Shown here: positions 1 through 9,703 of the stretch, in pieces | Layout: the number at the start of each line of letters is the position of its first letter | Position numbering within the stretch: the stretch's first letter is position 1 | DNA from: Rhodothermales bacterium | Lineage (GTDB): Bacteria; Bacteroidota; Rhodothermia; Rhodothermales; UBA10348 | Direction: 5' to 3' | NCBI GenBank assembly: GCA_017859335.1 | Contig: JAFMNH010000002.1 | Coordinates: 1 to 58,903, forward strand | Length of the DNA: 58,903 bases | Translations under genes and position numbers: made by a program | The notes under the pieces: model-generated | Told to the model about the DNA's origin: nothing | The model's input: the letters and a program-made list of their open reading frames with translations, nothing else | The model's database searches: none

Positions 1-1684
1 TCATCTTTTCCAGTACGAGACCGGCATTACTTCCGCCATTGAGCAGTGAATCGGCCAGGACGATGGCTCTGGCAGCATCTTCAGTCGTACTGTTGGTCCC
101 AAGCATGGACAGGGCTTCGAGGAAGAGCAGATCCGTTGTTTCCCGGCCCAGTTCATCCCACACCGACATCACCGCTGAGGCCCAGATCTGTCCGTCCGTG
201 TGTATGGCTCCGGTCAGATCGAAAGGGTACTGCCCCGAGTAGTTCACGGTGCGTCCCCCGAAGTAGGGCTGCAGTCCCCATCGCGCCATGGTGTGGTACG
301 TGGGGTCAGTTGGATCCAGCAGTCCAAGACTGCGGGAGTAGGAAGCCGCCCAGTAGTCGGAACTCCCTTCGCTCAGACCGAAGGTGCGTCCCAGGTTACC
401 ATCGGTCACCCAGTCGTGCAGTCCATGTCCCAGCTCGTGCAGGATGATATCGCCGTCCTCCGCCGCATCGGCACCACCCTCTCCGAAGCGAAGCCGGCCA
501 TCGCCTGAAAGATACTGGGCATTTACCGTGTCATCTCCCCAGTGGGGGTCGAAGCGAACGCCTCCGTCATAGTAGATGGGCTTGAGCGGGAATCCCAGCG
601 TTTCGTTGATATAACGCATGGATTGGTCGATATGGAAGTACGTGTTGACCGCTTCGAATGCGGGATGGCTCCTCGTGAAGTGGAACGTACTGCTCTCCTG
701 TGCGAAAGAACCACGTTGGGGGACCTCCACATCGCGCATGTCTGCCCACGGGCCGGAAAGGGAATACGTGCTGCCATCGAAGGAGAGATCCCTCAACGTA
801 CGTTCCCGGAGTTGGGCTGTCAGCTCAGGCGAATCTGCATCGTCATTGTCCTCAAACCCTTCCAGATCGCCGTACGCAGCTCGCGCGGTGGACATGGGGT
901 CGGGGTCAAACACCCAGCCGGAGCCGTCCACCTGCTGGATGACTCCCGTCTGCCTGGCGTCAGAGCCTACCGAAGGCTGTGTGGGCGCATCGGACTGCGT
1001 GTGGGTAGCCTCCGGATCACGTAGATGAGAGGTCGGTTCGGAGCGAAAAACGTCTCCCAATGCCACATCAACCAGAATATCCCACGAGCCCTGATCCGTG
1101 ATGATATCGACCTGGTGGACTAGGCGGCCCGGGCCATAGGGCGCATAGATCATCAGCTCGCCCTCGGCGCGCTGGACCTGGTTGGTTTCGAGAAATTGCT
1201 GGGCAATCGAAATGGCCTCGGCGCTTCCCATCTTGGATGCAGAGACGTCGACATCAAGCCCGGCTTTATATCCGTTCGTCACAAAGCGAACAGCCCCTCG
1301 CCGATCCAGGACGACGGCCACGTCGGAGCGATAGACCGGGATGCCCTCGTAGTACTGGTTGAAGCGCACGCGCGTACCGCCCGGTGTCGTGCGCACGGCA
1401 TGCAGGACCATGTCGTCGCCACCCGAGGGCATGCCCAGCCGTACCCCTTCATCCCTGAAAAAGGATCGTGCAACCTCCTCGGGAGTGCCGGATGCCTGGT
1501 ACGACTCGGAATACAGCGCCAGCGGCAGATTCGTGCGCAGATTGATGCGAGCGCTTGCCTGCACGTCGGAGTCGACATACTCCTCGGGAAGGAGCGTGTA
1601 TTTCTTGAGGTGGATGTCCTGAGCCCTACCCGGTAAGGTTATGGCAAGGCCTGCGGCAAGTACACAGAGGAGGCGAAGGGACAC
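1..1684 (-). CDS. secreted zinc metalloprotease, thermolysin/fungalysin-like (HExxH); C-terminus off-window
   Basis: Absent from the ORF track (GTG start, no in-window stop). Hand translation of the minus strand stays open from base 2 to GTG at 1682-1684. The N-terminus VSLRLLCVLAAGLAITLPGRAQ looks like a signal peptide. The zinc motif DIILHELGHGLHDWV is encoded around 410-450. The listed plus-strand ORFs here are shadow ORFs. Confidence 0.75.
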   Translation of the reverse strand, partial: MSLRLLCVLAAGLAITLPGRAQDIHLKKYTLLPEEYVDSDVQASARINLRTNLPLALYSESYQASGTPEEVARSFFRDEGVRLGMPSGGDDMVLHAVRTTPGGTRVRFNQYYEGIPVYRSDVAVVLDRRGAVRFVTNGYKAGLDVDVSASKMGSAEAISIAQQFLETNQVQRAEGELMIYAPYGPGRLVHQVDIITDQGSWDILVDVALGDVFRSEPTSHLRDPEATHTQSDAPTQPSVGSDARQTGVIQQVDGSGWVFDPDPMSTARAAYGDLEGFEDNDDADSPELTAQLRERTLRDLSFDGSTYSLSGPWADMRDVEVPQRGSFAQESSTFHFTRSHPAFEAVNTYFHIDQSMRYINETLGFPLKPIYYDGGVRFDPHWGDDTVNAQYLSGDGRLRFGEGGADAAEDGDIILHELGHGLHDWVTDGNLGRTFGLSEGSSDYWAASYSRSLGLLDPTDPTYHTMARWGLQPYFGGRTVNYSGQYPFDLTGAIHTDGQIWASAVMSVWDELGRETTDLLFLEALSMLGTNSTTEDAARAIVLADSLLNGGSNAGLVLEKM

Positions 1685-1796
1685 GGCTTTAGCAGATGGA
1701 CTGGGGTGAGTGACATCATTGGAATTCCAAAACGGCCCTCAGGGTCCCGTAAAAGCTTTGAAATACCCGTTTTACAGCCTCACACCCTGCTGTCTG

Positions 1797-2513
1797 TCAG
1801 GATACCAGGCTGAAAGCTTCGATGACAGCGTCGATGTCGTTGAGCGCTGAGGCGTGGTCCACGCGCGCCTTGACGGCATCCTGTCCGTTGGCCGGGGCGA
1901 AGGAACGTCCGACAATATCAAGGGCCGGTACGTCCCCGTTGGTGTCGCCAATGAAGGCGACCTCTTCCAGCGCGATCCCCATGTGGTCGGCCAGCCAGGC
2001 GATTCCTTCGGCCTTGGTCAGACCCGTCGGAACGACATCGATGGAGATGTGCGTGTGGAAGGTATTGAAGTGCGGGAACTCGGCTTCCACGAAGCCCCGG
2101 ATTTCAGCTAGCGCATCGTAGAGCCCGAATTCCTGCCGTCCGGCCGCGGCACCTTGCGTCTGCTTCGCGTAATCCATCGAGAGGCCCGGGTAGCGGGAGA
2201 TGACCTCCGCCATGTAGGCCTGGATGTCCTTTACGTCACGCTGAAGCTTCGAGGTGAAGGATGGATGGAAGGCCGACTGTCCCGTTGTGACGTCAAACAT
2301 GCCGGCGCCCGACTCGAACAGCGTGGGCAAGCGGAGGCCCAGCAGCTGAGTCATGGCCTCGACGTAGGCGTATGCGCGGCCCGAGCAAAGCGAAAACGCA
2401 GGCGTTCCGGGCGCATGGATACGTTCGCTCAGCACTTGGATCCGATCCATGCGAAACGACTCGTAGGGCATGGCCAAGCATCCGTCGATGTCAGAGACGA
2501 AGAGCGTGATCAT
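1797..2513 (-). CDS. HAD-superfamily hydrolase (Cof/IIB-like phosphatase)
   Basis: ORF 1797-2642 trimmed to ATG 2511-2513, because the longer form overlaps fabI. HAD motif I is MITLFVSDIDGCL and motif IV is FIGDTNGDVPAL. Confidence 0.7.
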   Translation of the reverse strand: MITLFVSDIDGCLAMPYESFRMDRIQVLSERIHAPGTPAFSLCSGRAYAYVEAMTQLLGLRLPTLFESGAGMFDVTTGQSAFHPSFTSKLQRDVKDIQAYMAEVISRYPGLSMDYAKQTQGAAAGRQEFGLYDALAEIRGFVEAEFPHFNTFHTHISIDVVPTGLTKAEGIAWLADHMGIALEEVAFIGDTNGDVPALDIVGRSFAPANGQDAVKARVDHASALNDIDAVIEAFSLVS

Positions 2514-2562
2514 GGCGTGAGGGGTCGGTGCATGGGTCGGGGTCAGACGTGCTGCCCCGGGG

Positions 2563-3390
2563 TCATTCGCCCTGACTGTACACGTCAGCCAGATCGGCAA
2601 TGAGTTCGTCCGAGATACCCATGGTGGCGAAACCTCCGTCATGGAAGAGGTTCTGCATCGTCACCATGCGCGTCAGGTCCGACAGCATGGCCACGGTGTA
2701 GTCGGCGCAGGACTCGGAGTCCGCGTTGCCCAACGGCGCAATGCGCTCGGCAAATTTGAACATGGCATCGAAGCCGGCAATGCCCGAACCCGCCGTCGTG
2801 ATGGTCGGGCTCTGCGAGATGGAGTTGATGCGGATGCCACGCTTGCCAAGGCGGTATCCGTAGGATCGGACGATGCTTTCAAGCAGGGCTTTGGCATCCC
2901 CCATCTCCGAATATTTGGAGAACGTGCGCTGCGCGCCGATGTAGGTCAGGGCCACGATGGATGCGCCGTCCTTGAGGGCGCCCGTAGCTTCCGCCGAGTG
3001 GACCGCCCGGTGGAGGCTCATGGCCGAGATGTCGAGGGTCTTCTTGTACCACTCGTAGTTGAGGTCCTCATAGGGGCGGTTCTTGCGCACATTGAGGCCC
3101 ATGCCGATCGAGTGCACGATGAAGTCCACTCCGCCATAGAGCTCCTTGGCACGCTCGAAAAGCGCATCAAGGTCTTCTTCGTTCGTGGCATCCGCCCAGA
3201 TGATCTCGGCACCCGTCTTGTCAGCCAGCTCGTCCAGGCCGCCCAGGCGCTTGGCCACGGGCGCGTTGGACAGGATGAACTGACCACCTTCGCGATGGAT
3301 GGCCTCAGCAATTTTCCATGCAATACTGCTGTCGTTGAGCGCGCCGAAGACGACGCCTTTCTTGCCGTTGAGTAGGCCGTTTCCGCTCAT
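2563..3390 (-). CDS. fabI: enoyl-[acyl-carrier-protein] reductase (NADH), FabI-type
   Basis: 275 aa. N-terminal GKKGVVFGALNDSSIAWKIA, then IVHSIG, Y-x6-K (YSEMGDAKA) and RINSISQSP, a pattern typical of FabI-type SDRs. Confidence 0.8.
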   Translation of the reverse strand: MSGNGLLNGKKGVVFGALNDSSIAWKIAEAIHREGGQFILSNAPVAKRLGGLDELADKTGAEIIWADATNEEDLDALFERAKELYGGVDFIVHSIGMGLNVRKNRPYEDLNYEWYKKTLDISAMSLHRAVHSAEATGALKDGASIVALTYIGAQRTFSKYSEMGDAKALLESIVRSYGYRLGKRGIRINSISQSPTITTAGSGIAGFDAMFKFAERIAPLGNADSESCADYTVAMLSDLTRMVTMQNLFHDGGFATMGISDELIADLADVYSQGE

Positions 3391-3454
3391 GGTCGAAGGG
3401 GGTGATGGGATGGATGGATGCTGTCAAGGGTGAAAGGTAGAAAAGAAGCGTGAG

Positions 3455-4309
3455 TTACGCCCTGTCAGGATGCTTCATTGAACCAAGGCGTTCGATCATT
3501 TCACCGTGAATCAATCCGTTTGAGGCCACGATTTCCGATCCGAGCGGCATGTGGTCGGGGTCTGACGCAGTTCGGTCTGAAAAATCTGAAAATCGCCCCC
3601 CTGCCTCTTCCACGATCAGCAGACCCGCCGCCACATCCCAGGCTTCGATACCTTGCTCGAAAAACCCGTCGAAACGGCCGCAGGCTACCCACGCCAGATC
3701 CAGCGATGCCGATCCGGGGCGACGAACGCCGCGCGAGTCCGTCCAGAAGCGCCGAATGGCCTCGGTATAGCCGTCCATGTACTTGAACTGCTTGTAGGGA
3801 AAGCCGGTCGTAATCAGGCAGTCGGCCAGATGATATCGATTGCTGACCTGGCAGGGTCTGTCGTTCATATAGGCCCCCTGGCCCGCGATGGCGTGGAAGG
3901 TCTCGTTGCGGTTTACGTCCTGGACAAGACCCATGACAGGCTGACCATCCAGCTGCAGTCCGATGGACACACCATACTGCGGAACGCCGTGCATGAAGTT
4001 GGTCGTGCCATCGAGCGGGTCCACGATCCATAGCCAGCCGGGAATGTCATGCAGGGGGATACCTTGTTCCTCGAATCCCTCCTCGGCAAGGATCTCGTGC
4101 TCGGGAAAGGTGGAATGGATGGCATCCAGGATGATCTTCTGAGCTCCCTCGTCCACATAGGAGGCAAAGTCGTTGATTCCTTTGTCCCGTATGTCCTCGG
4201 CGTGGACGTGGCCTGCTTGGGACTGGATGAAGGATGCGGCATCGCGGGCCGCCGTCTTGGCTGTACGGGCAGCCGTTTGCAGGAGGGTCGGAAGGGGAGA
4301 AGCAGGCAT
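3455..4309 (-). CDS. inositol monophosphatase family protein
   Basis: 284 aa. Carries the IMPase motifs HEILAEEG, WIVDPLDGTTNFMHG and WDVAAG. Confidence 0.85.
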   Translation of the reverse strand: MPASPLPTLLQTAARTAKTAARDAASFIQSQAGHVHAEDIRDKGINDFASYVDEGAQKIILDAIHSTFPEHEILAEEGFEEQGIPLHDIPGWLWIVDPLDGTTNFMHGVPQYGVSIGLQLDGQPVMGLVQDVNRNETFHAIAGQGAYMNDRPCQVSNRYHLADCLITTGFPYKQFKYMDGYTEAIRRFWTDSRGVRRPGSASLDLAWVACGRFDGFFEQGIEAWDVAAGLLIVEEAGGRFSDFSDRTASDPDHMPLGSEIVASNGLIHGEMIERLGSMKHPDRA

Positions 4310-4431
4310 GATGGTGCTGATGATGCGCTTTGCCTATCGGGGCGGATCGGCTGACCGTTCGTGTCGTATCATCGGGAAGTTACCACCAATCAACCGGCCT
4401 CACCCGGTCGGATCCACCCATCGCGCCATCC

Positions 4432-5226
4432 ATGCGTACGTTTTCGGCTGTCCTGTTTTCTTTTCTGTTGCTGATTTCCCTTGCCGGGTGCTCGGGGAAA
4501 TCGGCCAGCAGTATCGGACCTGACGAGAAGGCAGCGCGCGATTCGGTCCTGGCGTTTCTGGATCAGGTAGATGAGGATGGTATCCGCAGTGCGTTCCAGA
4601 CATTGCACTCCTACGCGTTCCGTCGTTACCTGCGAACGGAGCAGTACGACGAAGAGGACTTCATCGTGGCGTTCACCGAACACGTCGTTGATGTTGAAGG
4701 CCCTGCAGAGGATCGCTCCAAGAGGGTGGTCCAAGCCGACTCGGGCGGCAGCTTCAACTTTGGTTTCTTCAACCAGTTTGTTTCGGAGAACGTGGACGAT
4801 GCCGATCCCATCGACCTCGTGCCCTATCTGATCGAAGACGATCCGACATATCTGAGCCCGCGTAATCTGGACAAGTACGCTTTCCGCATGGCTGGCGATA
4901 CGCTCATGTGGGACCGCTCCGCGCGGATTGTAGACGTACGGGCGAAACCGGATCTGGCCGATGGTGAGAACATCCGACGCGTTCGTTATTACGTCGACGA
5001 ATCATCGAACCAATTGATGGCCATGTATCTGGAACGGATTGACCTGGGCTTGCTTTTCCGTGAGGAAAGCAGGTTTTATCTCCATGTGCGTCCGGTGCCT
5101 GACGCTCCCGCAAGAGGGGGATCCCATGTGCCGTACAATACCCGGTTCCAGACGCGCATCAAGACGCCGTTCATCGGTTCTTTCCTCATCCGTACCGTCT
5201 CGACCTACACGGACCATCGCAGGTAG
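4432..5226 (+). CDS. hypothetical lipoprotein
   Basis: ORF 4330-5226 trimmed to ATG 4432. MRTFSAVLFSFLLLISLAGCSG is a lipoprotein signal with an LAGC lipobox. No catalytic motif recognised. Confidence 0.6.
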   Translation: MRTFSAVLFSFLLLISLAGCSGKSASSIGPDEKAARDSVLAFLDQVDEDGIRSAFQTLHSYAFRRYLRTEQYDEEDFIVAFTEHVVDVEGPAEDRSKRVVQADSGGSFNFGFFNQFVSENVDDADPIDLVPYLIEDDPTYLSPRNLDKYAFRMAGDTLMWDRSARIVDVRAKPDLADGENIRRVRYYVDESSNQLMAMYLERIDLGLLFREESRFYLHVRPVPDAPARGGSHVPYNTRFQTRIKTPFIGSFLIRTVSTYTDHRR

Positions 5227-5262
5227 GGCCGGATTGGCCTATGAGCCGGGCGAAGCAGCTCG

Positions 5263-5916
5263 TTACATGAGCAGGCCGGAAAGTTGCGCATCGGCAAGCA
5301 CGGCCGATCGGGAGAGCTTGTTTGCGGCCATCAGCCGCTGCAGGATGGACAGGGCAGCCTCCGGACGGTCCGTTGCGGCAAAGACCCGGGCCAGCTGGAT
5401 ATGCCCCCTGGGATCGGACGCATCCTGCGCCACCACAACCCGAGCCAGCGATTCTGCCCGGGTCACAGCTCCCATGCGGAGGGCGCACGCCGATAATCTG
5501 ATATAGTGTTCAAATCGCTCCAGGAACAGATTGGACGCCGCGTCGAGGGCCTCTCCGGCATCGGTATGTAGATCGGTCAGGACAGCTGCTTCACACCGCA
5601 ATACATGCGCCTCGCCATCGTCAGGTGCCAGCCGGGCCGCACGATGAGCATCACGGAGGGCATCCTCGGGCCGCTCCATATCCAGAAGGATGGACGCCCG
5701 GAGTTTGAGGGCTTCCACATCCTCAGGCAGGTCCGATAGGACACGGTCAATGCGCGCTTTTGCTTCGAGCAGGCTGTTGCCGGTCGACCATGCTGTATGG
5801 GCCCTATGATACTCCACGTTGAGTTCGTGCGGCCGGAATCCCTGTCCGGATACCGCTGCGGGCAGGCATGCCAGGAGGGCGAGTATCAGGACGGTATGGC
5901 GAGGGGATGCGTACAT
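5263..5916 (-). CDS. secreted TPR-like repeat protein
   Basis: ORF 5263-6015 trimmed to ATG 5916, giving the signal peptide MYASPRHTVLILALLACLPAAVSGQ. The rest is Ala/Leu-rich helical repeats resembling TPR. Confidence 0.55.
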   Translation of the reverse strand: MYASPRHTVLILALLACLPAAVSGQGFRPHELNVEYHRAHTAWSTGNSLLEAKARIDRVLSDLPEDVEALKLRASILLDMERPEDALRDAHRAARLAPDDGEAHVLRCEAAVLTDLHTDAGEALDAASNLFLERFEHYIRLSACALRMGAVTRAESLARVVVAQDASDPRGHIQLARVFAATDRPEAALSILQRLMAANKLSRSAVLADAQLSGLLM

Positions 5917-6017
5917 GATGCCAGGAAGGTAGCAATAACCATACCCTCTATCCCAAGGGTTGTAGATACCGTAAACTGTCTTCAAAAGCCTTCTTTCAAC
6001 GGCAGGACAGCCCACAC

Positions 6018-6782
6018 ATGTCTACTTTTGCCGACATGACATCAGATCACGTATTCCAATCACGCACCGAAGGGTGCGGCGCTGTCATCCGGCACCTTCG
6101 GGAGACGGACTCCACCAACCAGGACGCTCGCGCGTGGGCTTTGGACGGAGCGTCCGACGGAGCGGTGGTGATCGCAGACCATCAGCGGGCGGGGCGCGGC
6201 CGGTTCAAGCGGACCTGGGTATCGGCGCCCGGAAAGAACCTGCTGCTGACCCTTGTCATCAGGCGCACCCTGCCGCGCCCCGCCCTGCTTCCCCTGGCCA
6301 TCGGTGTGGGCGTATGCAATACTGTGCGGTCTTTTCTTCCGTGGTCCTCTGCCGGTCTCAAGTGGCCCAATGATGTGCGTATTGACGGGCGCAAAGTGGC
6401 CGGAATCCTGGTCGAGTCCCCGGGTCCGGGCGTCTATCTTGCTGGCATCGGCCTGAATGTGAACCAAGTTGACTTTCCTGAGGACCTTGCTACCGAGCCA
6501 ACCTCTTTGATGCTGGAAACCGCAGACCGATTGCGTCGCGCTGACGTTTTTGATCGCCTGATGGACGCCTTGGATGATGCGTTGGATATGCTGGAGCGCG
6601 GTGACTTGCTGCCGGCTTATCGGTCGCTGCTTGAAGGGCGGGGTGCCGAGGTGCAGCTGGAGGATGGACGACGCGGCGTCATGAAGGATGTAGACGCCTC
6701 GGGCGGTCTCGTACTCGAGACAGGAACCGGGGTCATTGTGGTACATTCTGGAGACGTTTCCCTTCGCCCTCCACCGGCCTGA
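6018..6782 (+). CDS. birA: biotin--[acetyl-CoA-carboxylase] ligase (group I, no HTH)
   Basis: 254 aa. Biotin ligase motif HQRAGRGRFKRTWVSAPGKNL. Followed 17 nt later by coaX. Confidence 0.85.
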   Translation: MSTFADMTSDHVFQSRTEGCGAVIRHLRETDSTNQDARAWALDGASDGAVVIADHQRAGRGRFKRTWVSAPGKNLLLTLVIRRTLPRPALLPLAIGVGVCNTVRSFLPWSSAGLKWPNDVRIDGRKVAGILVESPGPGVYLAGIGLNVNQVDFPEDLATEPTSLMLETADRLRRADVFDRLMDALDDALDMLERGDLLPAYRSLLEGRGAEVQLEDGRRGVMKDVDASGGLVLETGTGVIVVHSGDVSLRPPPA

Positions 6783-6799
6783 ACCACCCGCCTCCGATC

Positions 6800-7570
6800 A
6801 TGTGGCTTCTCATTGATATCGGTAACAGTGCAGCCAAGGTGGGTCTCTTTGATCCGACCTCGGGGACGGGCAGGGTTCCGGGAGAAGTGATTCGTACCGA
6901 GCGCTTTGAGCATGTGCGTCTACAGGTGCGCACTCTGAAGGATTTCATCGGGAACGTTCCCATTTCCCGTGCCGCGGCGGTAAGTGTGGTGCCCCAGCAA
7001 CGGGACATCTGGTCTGATGCTGTTCGGCAAGCAACCGGGGTGGAGCTTCGCCTGTACACACATGCTTCGATCCTTCCCATCGACCTGGCGTACCGTACCC
7101 CCGCGACCATGGGACACGACCGCATTGCTGCGGCCGTGGGTGCATGGACGCGGTATGCCGTTCCGGGTGAGCGTGGTGTCCTGGTCTTGGATGCCGGCAC
7201 GGCGCTCAACATCGAAGTCGTGCGCCCCGATGGCATCTATCCGGGTGGTGTCATTGCAGCCGGACCTGCCATGGTGCGTGAAGCATTAGGTCGGTCGACA
7301 GCCCAATTGCCCTTGATCCCGCTCGAGTTGCCCCCATCACCTGTGGGAACGTCAACCGATGAGGCCCTGCAGTCCGGTATTCTGTATTCCCTCCTGGATG
7401 CTGCCGTGGGGATGGTGGCCCGGATCCAGCGACATGAGGCGGTCCCATTCACGGTCGTTACGACCGGAGGGTGGGGAGCCTGGATGATTGAGCAGCTACG
7501 GGTGGATTGGATTCATGACCGCCACCTCGTGCTCAAGGGAGTGGCCGACTTGATACGCTGTAGCGAGTAG
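6800..7570 (+). CDS. coaX: type III pantothenate kinase
   Basis: 256 aa. The N-terminal MWLLIDIGNSAAKVGLF is the ASKHA phosphate-1 motif of CoaX. Sits next to birA. Confidence 0.85.
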   Translation: MWLLIDIGNSAAKVGLFDPTSGTGRVPGEVIRTERFEHVRLQVRTLKDFIGNVPISRAAAVSVVPQQRDIWSDAVRQATGVELRLYTHASILPIDLAYRTPATMGHDRIAAAVGAWTRYAVPGERGVLVLDAGTALNIEVVRPDGIYPGGVIAAGPAMVREALGRSTAQLPLIPLELPPSPVGTSTDEALQSGILYSLLDAAVGMVARIQRHEAVPFTVVTTGGWGAWMIEQLRVDWIHDRHLVLKGVADLIRCSE

Positions 7571-7586
7571 GCTTCGGGCTGCGTCG

Positions 7587-8246
7587 TTATCCGGCCTTGT
7601 CCGGTCCGGACAGCTTCTCGAGCTGGTGCTCATGGAGCAGATAGCGTATCCGGGAGAGAACAAGGTCGAAGGCGACGTCATTGTGCCCTCCACGCGGAAT
7701 GATGACATCCGCGTTTCGCTTTGAGGGTTCCACGAACTCGACATGCATCGGGCGGACCGTCGTCTCATACTGTTCCAGGATGGACTCGAGCGAACGTCCC
7801 CGCTCCTCCATATCCCGACGGATGCGCCGCATCAATCGGATGTCATCGTCCGTATCGACAAAGAGGCGAATATCCATGCGCTCGGTCAGCGTCGTCTCTG
7901 CCAGCACCAGGATGCCTTCTACGATGATGATCGGGGTGGGCTGAATTCGTTCCGTCTGGCTGCTTCGCGTATGCCGGGTAAAGTCGTAGATGGGTTTTTC
8001 AACGGCCCTTCCCTCCAGCAGGCACTCCATGTGATGCACGAGTAGGGGCGTTTCCAGCGAGGCCGGGTGGTCATAGTTGACCCGCTCTCGCTCCTGCAGC
8101 GGAAGGTCACTCAGATCGCGGTAGTAGGCGTCGTGCGGGAGGACGGAAACACGCTCGGGCCCCAGTTCATCAAGCAGGCGCCTCAATATGGTGCTTTTAC
8201 CCGACCCGGAGCCGCCGGCAAGCCCGATGATAACTGGACGCGTCAT
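7587..8246 (-). CDS. udk: uridine kinase
   Basis: 219 aa. P-loop IIGLAGGSGSGKST, plus YDHPASLE and IIIVEGILV core blocks. Confidence 0.85.
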   Translation of the reverse strand: MTRPVIIGLAGGSGSGKSTILRRLLDELGPERVSVLPHDAYYRDLSDLPLQERERVNYDHPASLETPLLVHHMECLLEGRAVEKPIYDFTRHTRSSQTERIQPTPIIIVEGILVLAETTLTERMDIRLFVDTDDDIRLMRRIRRDMEERGRSLESILEQYETTVRPMHVEFVEPSKRNADVIIPRGGHNDVAFDLVLSRIRYLLHEHQLEKLSGPDKAG

Positions 8247-8298
8247 GTGCCTGAGAGATGGGGTAATCAGTCAACCAGCTTGTGTGTGGCCTCTGGGC

Positions 8299-9120
8299 TC
8301 ATCCTCGCTTGACCATGACCAACTCATGCATACGGCTGTCCTCATCGTAGGATGAAAGGGATTCATCCCATCGGTATCCATCCGGGTGTTTCCATTCCAG
8401 GAAGGGCTCGAGGTCTTCGACCGTCTCCTTGACGATGAAGTTGACCAGCTTTCCGCGCAGTGGTTTGACCCCGTGGGTGACGGCCTTCATTTCGCCTGTC
8501 TTGCGGGACTTTCGGAAGAACTTGACCGATACCATGGCATCGTAGGTGACCTCATTGTTCCAGGCATCGGCATGTACACCGGGCAGGAAATTCCAGACGA
8601 AACGTCCCTGGATGGTCTTGTTCAGCAGGTCGCTCAGATTCTCTTTCCAGAAGGACGACATTTTCCCGAGGCCGGGAAGGTTGGCATCCATCTTCAGTTT
8701 GTACATCGGAATCAGGTCATCCGGACGCAGCAGCCCGAACAGTCCTGAGAAGATGATTCCCTCTTCGAGCAAGCGCCGCTGAGCGCCGGTCGGAAGTCCC
8801 GGGAAATCCATGGCCTGGTACATGACACCCGGCGAGTAGCGGTCGAGTGCGGAGATGAGCGGTGCCTGGTAAATATTCAGATTTGCTTCCACGGCGGCCT
8901 GAAGATTGTCACCCTTGACACCGAACAGAGCCTCGAGATCGTGGCTGCCATCCTTGATCACGGCTTGCAGCTGATCGATCACTTCCCTCCGCTGGGGGTT
9001 CAGCTGGTGGAAATAGTTGAACGTGTTCGACGTGCGGTAATCGAACATGTCCGGCGCAAACGGATTGCCGCCTTCCTGTTTGCCCTCAGACGGAGGGAGT
9101 AGAATAGTGAAGTTGGGCAT
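8299..9120 (-). CDS. yaaA: peroxide stress protein YaaA (DUF328)
   Basis: 273 aa. Characteristic N-terminus ILLPPSEGKQ. Confidence 0.8.
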   Translation of the reverse strand: MPNFTILLPPSEGKQEGGNPFAPDMFDYRTSNTFNYFHQLNPQRREVIDQLQAVIKDGSHDLEALFGVKGDNLQAAVEANLNIYQAPLISALDRYSPGVMYQAMDFPGLPTGAQRRLLEEGIIFSGLFGLLRPDDLIPMYKLKMDANLPGLGKMSSFWKENLSDLLNKTIQGRFVWNFLPGVHADAWNNEVTYDAMVSVKFFRKSRKTGEMKAVTHGVKPLRGKLVNFIVKETVEDLEPFLEWKHPDGYRWDESLSSYDEDSRMHELVMVKRG

Positions 9121-9164
9121 GCAGTTGGAACGAATGAGGGGCTGACCCCCACGGAGGAGAGGAA

Positions 9165-9488
9165 TTAACCGTCTGTGGTTTGTTGTCTCATTTCGTCCAG
9201 CAAGGCATCGATGTCGTTACGGATGACGCTTGCTTTTTCTTTCGCGTCCCGGACGAGATCATCAGCCCGTTTTCGGGCTTCGCTGGACACCTCGGTTTCA
9301 GAGAGCGCCTTCTCAATGGAATCCGCCACGGAATCCCCCAGTTTGTCCAGCTGATAAGCCAGTTTGCGGCGCAGGCGCTTACCCTCTTCGGGTGCAAAAA
9401 GGACACCCATGGCGAACCCTGCGGCTGCGCCGATCACCAGGCCCCAGGTGCCTGTCCTGACTGCTTTGCCGACTGAATTCTCCTTCAT
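9165..9488 (-). CDS. YtxH domain-containing protein
   Basis: ORF 9165-9665 trimmed to ATG 9488, which is preceded by AGGGAGGAAACC. 107 aa. WGLVIGAAAGFAMGVLFAPEEGKRLRRKL matches the YtxH helix and basic stretch. Confidence 0.7.
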   Translation of the reverse strand: MKENSVGKAVRTGTWGLVIGAAAGFAMGVLFAPEEGKRLRRKLAYQLDKLGDSVADSIEKALSETEVSSEARKRADDLVRDAKEKASVIRNDIDALLDEMRQQTTDG

Positions 9489-9550
9489 GGTTTCCTCCCT
9501 GTTGATTGCGATCTGCCGTCCGGATTCGGTTACCCGTGTCCAAGGTAGAC

Positions 9551-9584
9551 AAAAAAGCCTACGGTACACAGGTATACCGTAGGC
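9551..9584 (-). terminator. Rho-independent terminator (minus strand)
   Basis: Perfect 10-bp stem GCCTACGGTA / TACCGTAGGC followed on the minus strand by TTTTTT (plus-strand A-run 9551-9556). Confidence 0.75.
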
Positions 9585-9703
9585 AATCCGCAGGGGTTTC
9601 GGCCAGAGGGCCGTTCCCGTGGAAATACGAGTATGGGTTGCCCAGCCGGCTTCGACGTCCCACATGTGACGGGACTGCGAAGCCGGCCAGCGACGGCGTC
9701 TGC

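Noticed and set aside
39-1636. Cluster of 60-160-aa plus-strand ORFs at the left edge
   Set aside because: All lie opposite the open minus-strand metalloprotease frame that contains HELGH.
2641-3375. 244-aa plus-strand ORF
   Set aside because: It is antisense to fabI, whose motifs are unambiguous, so this is a shadow ORF.
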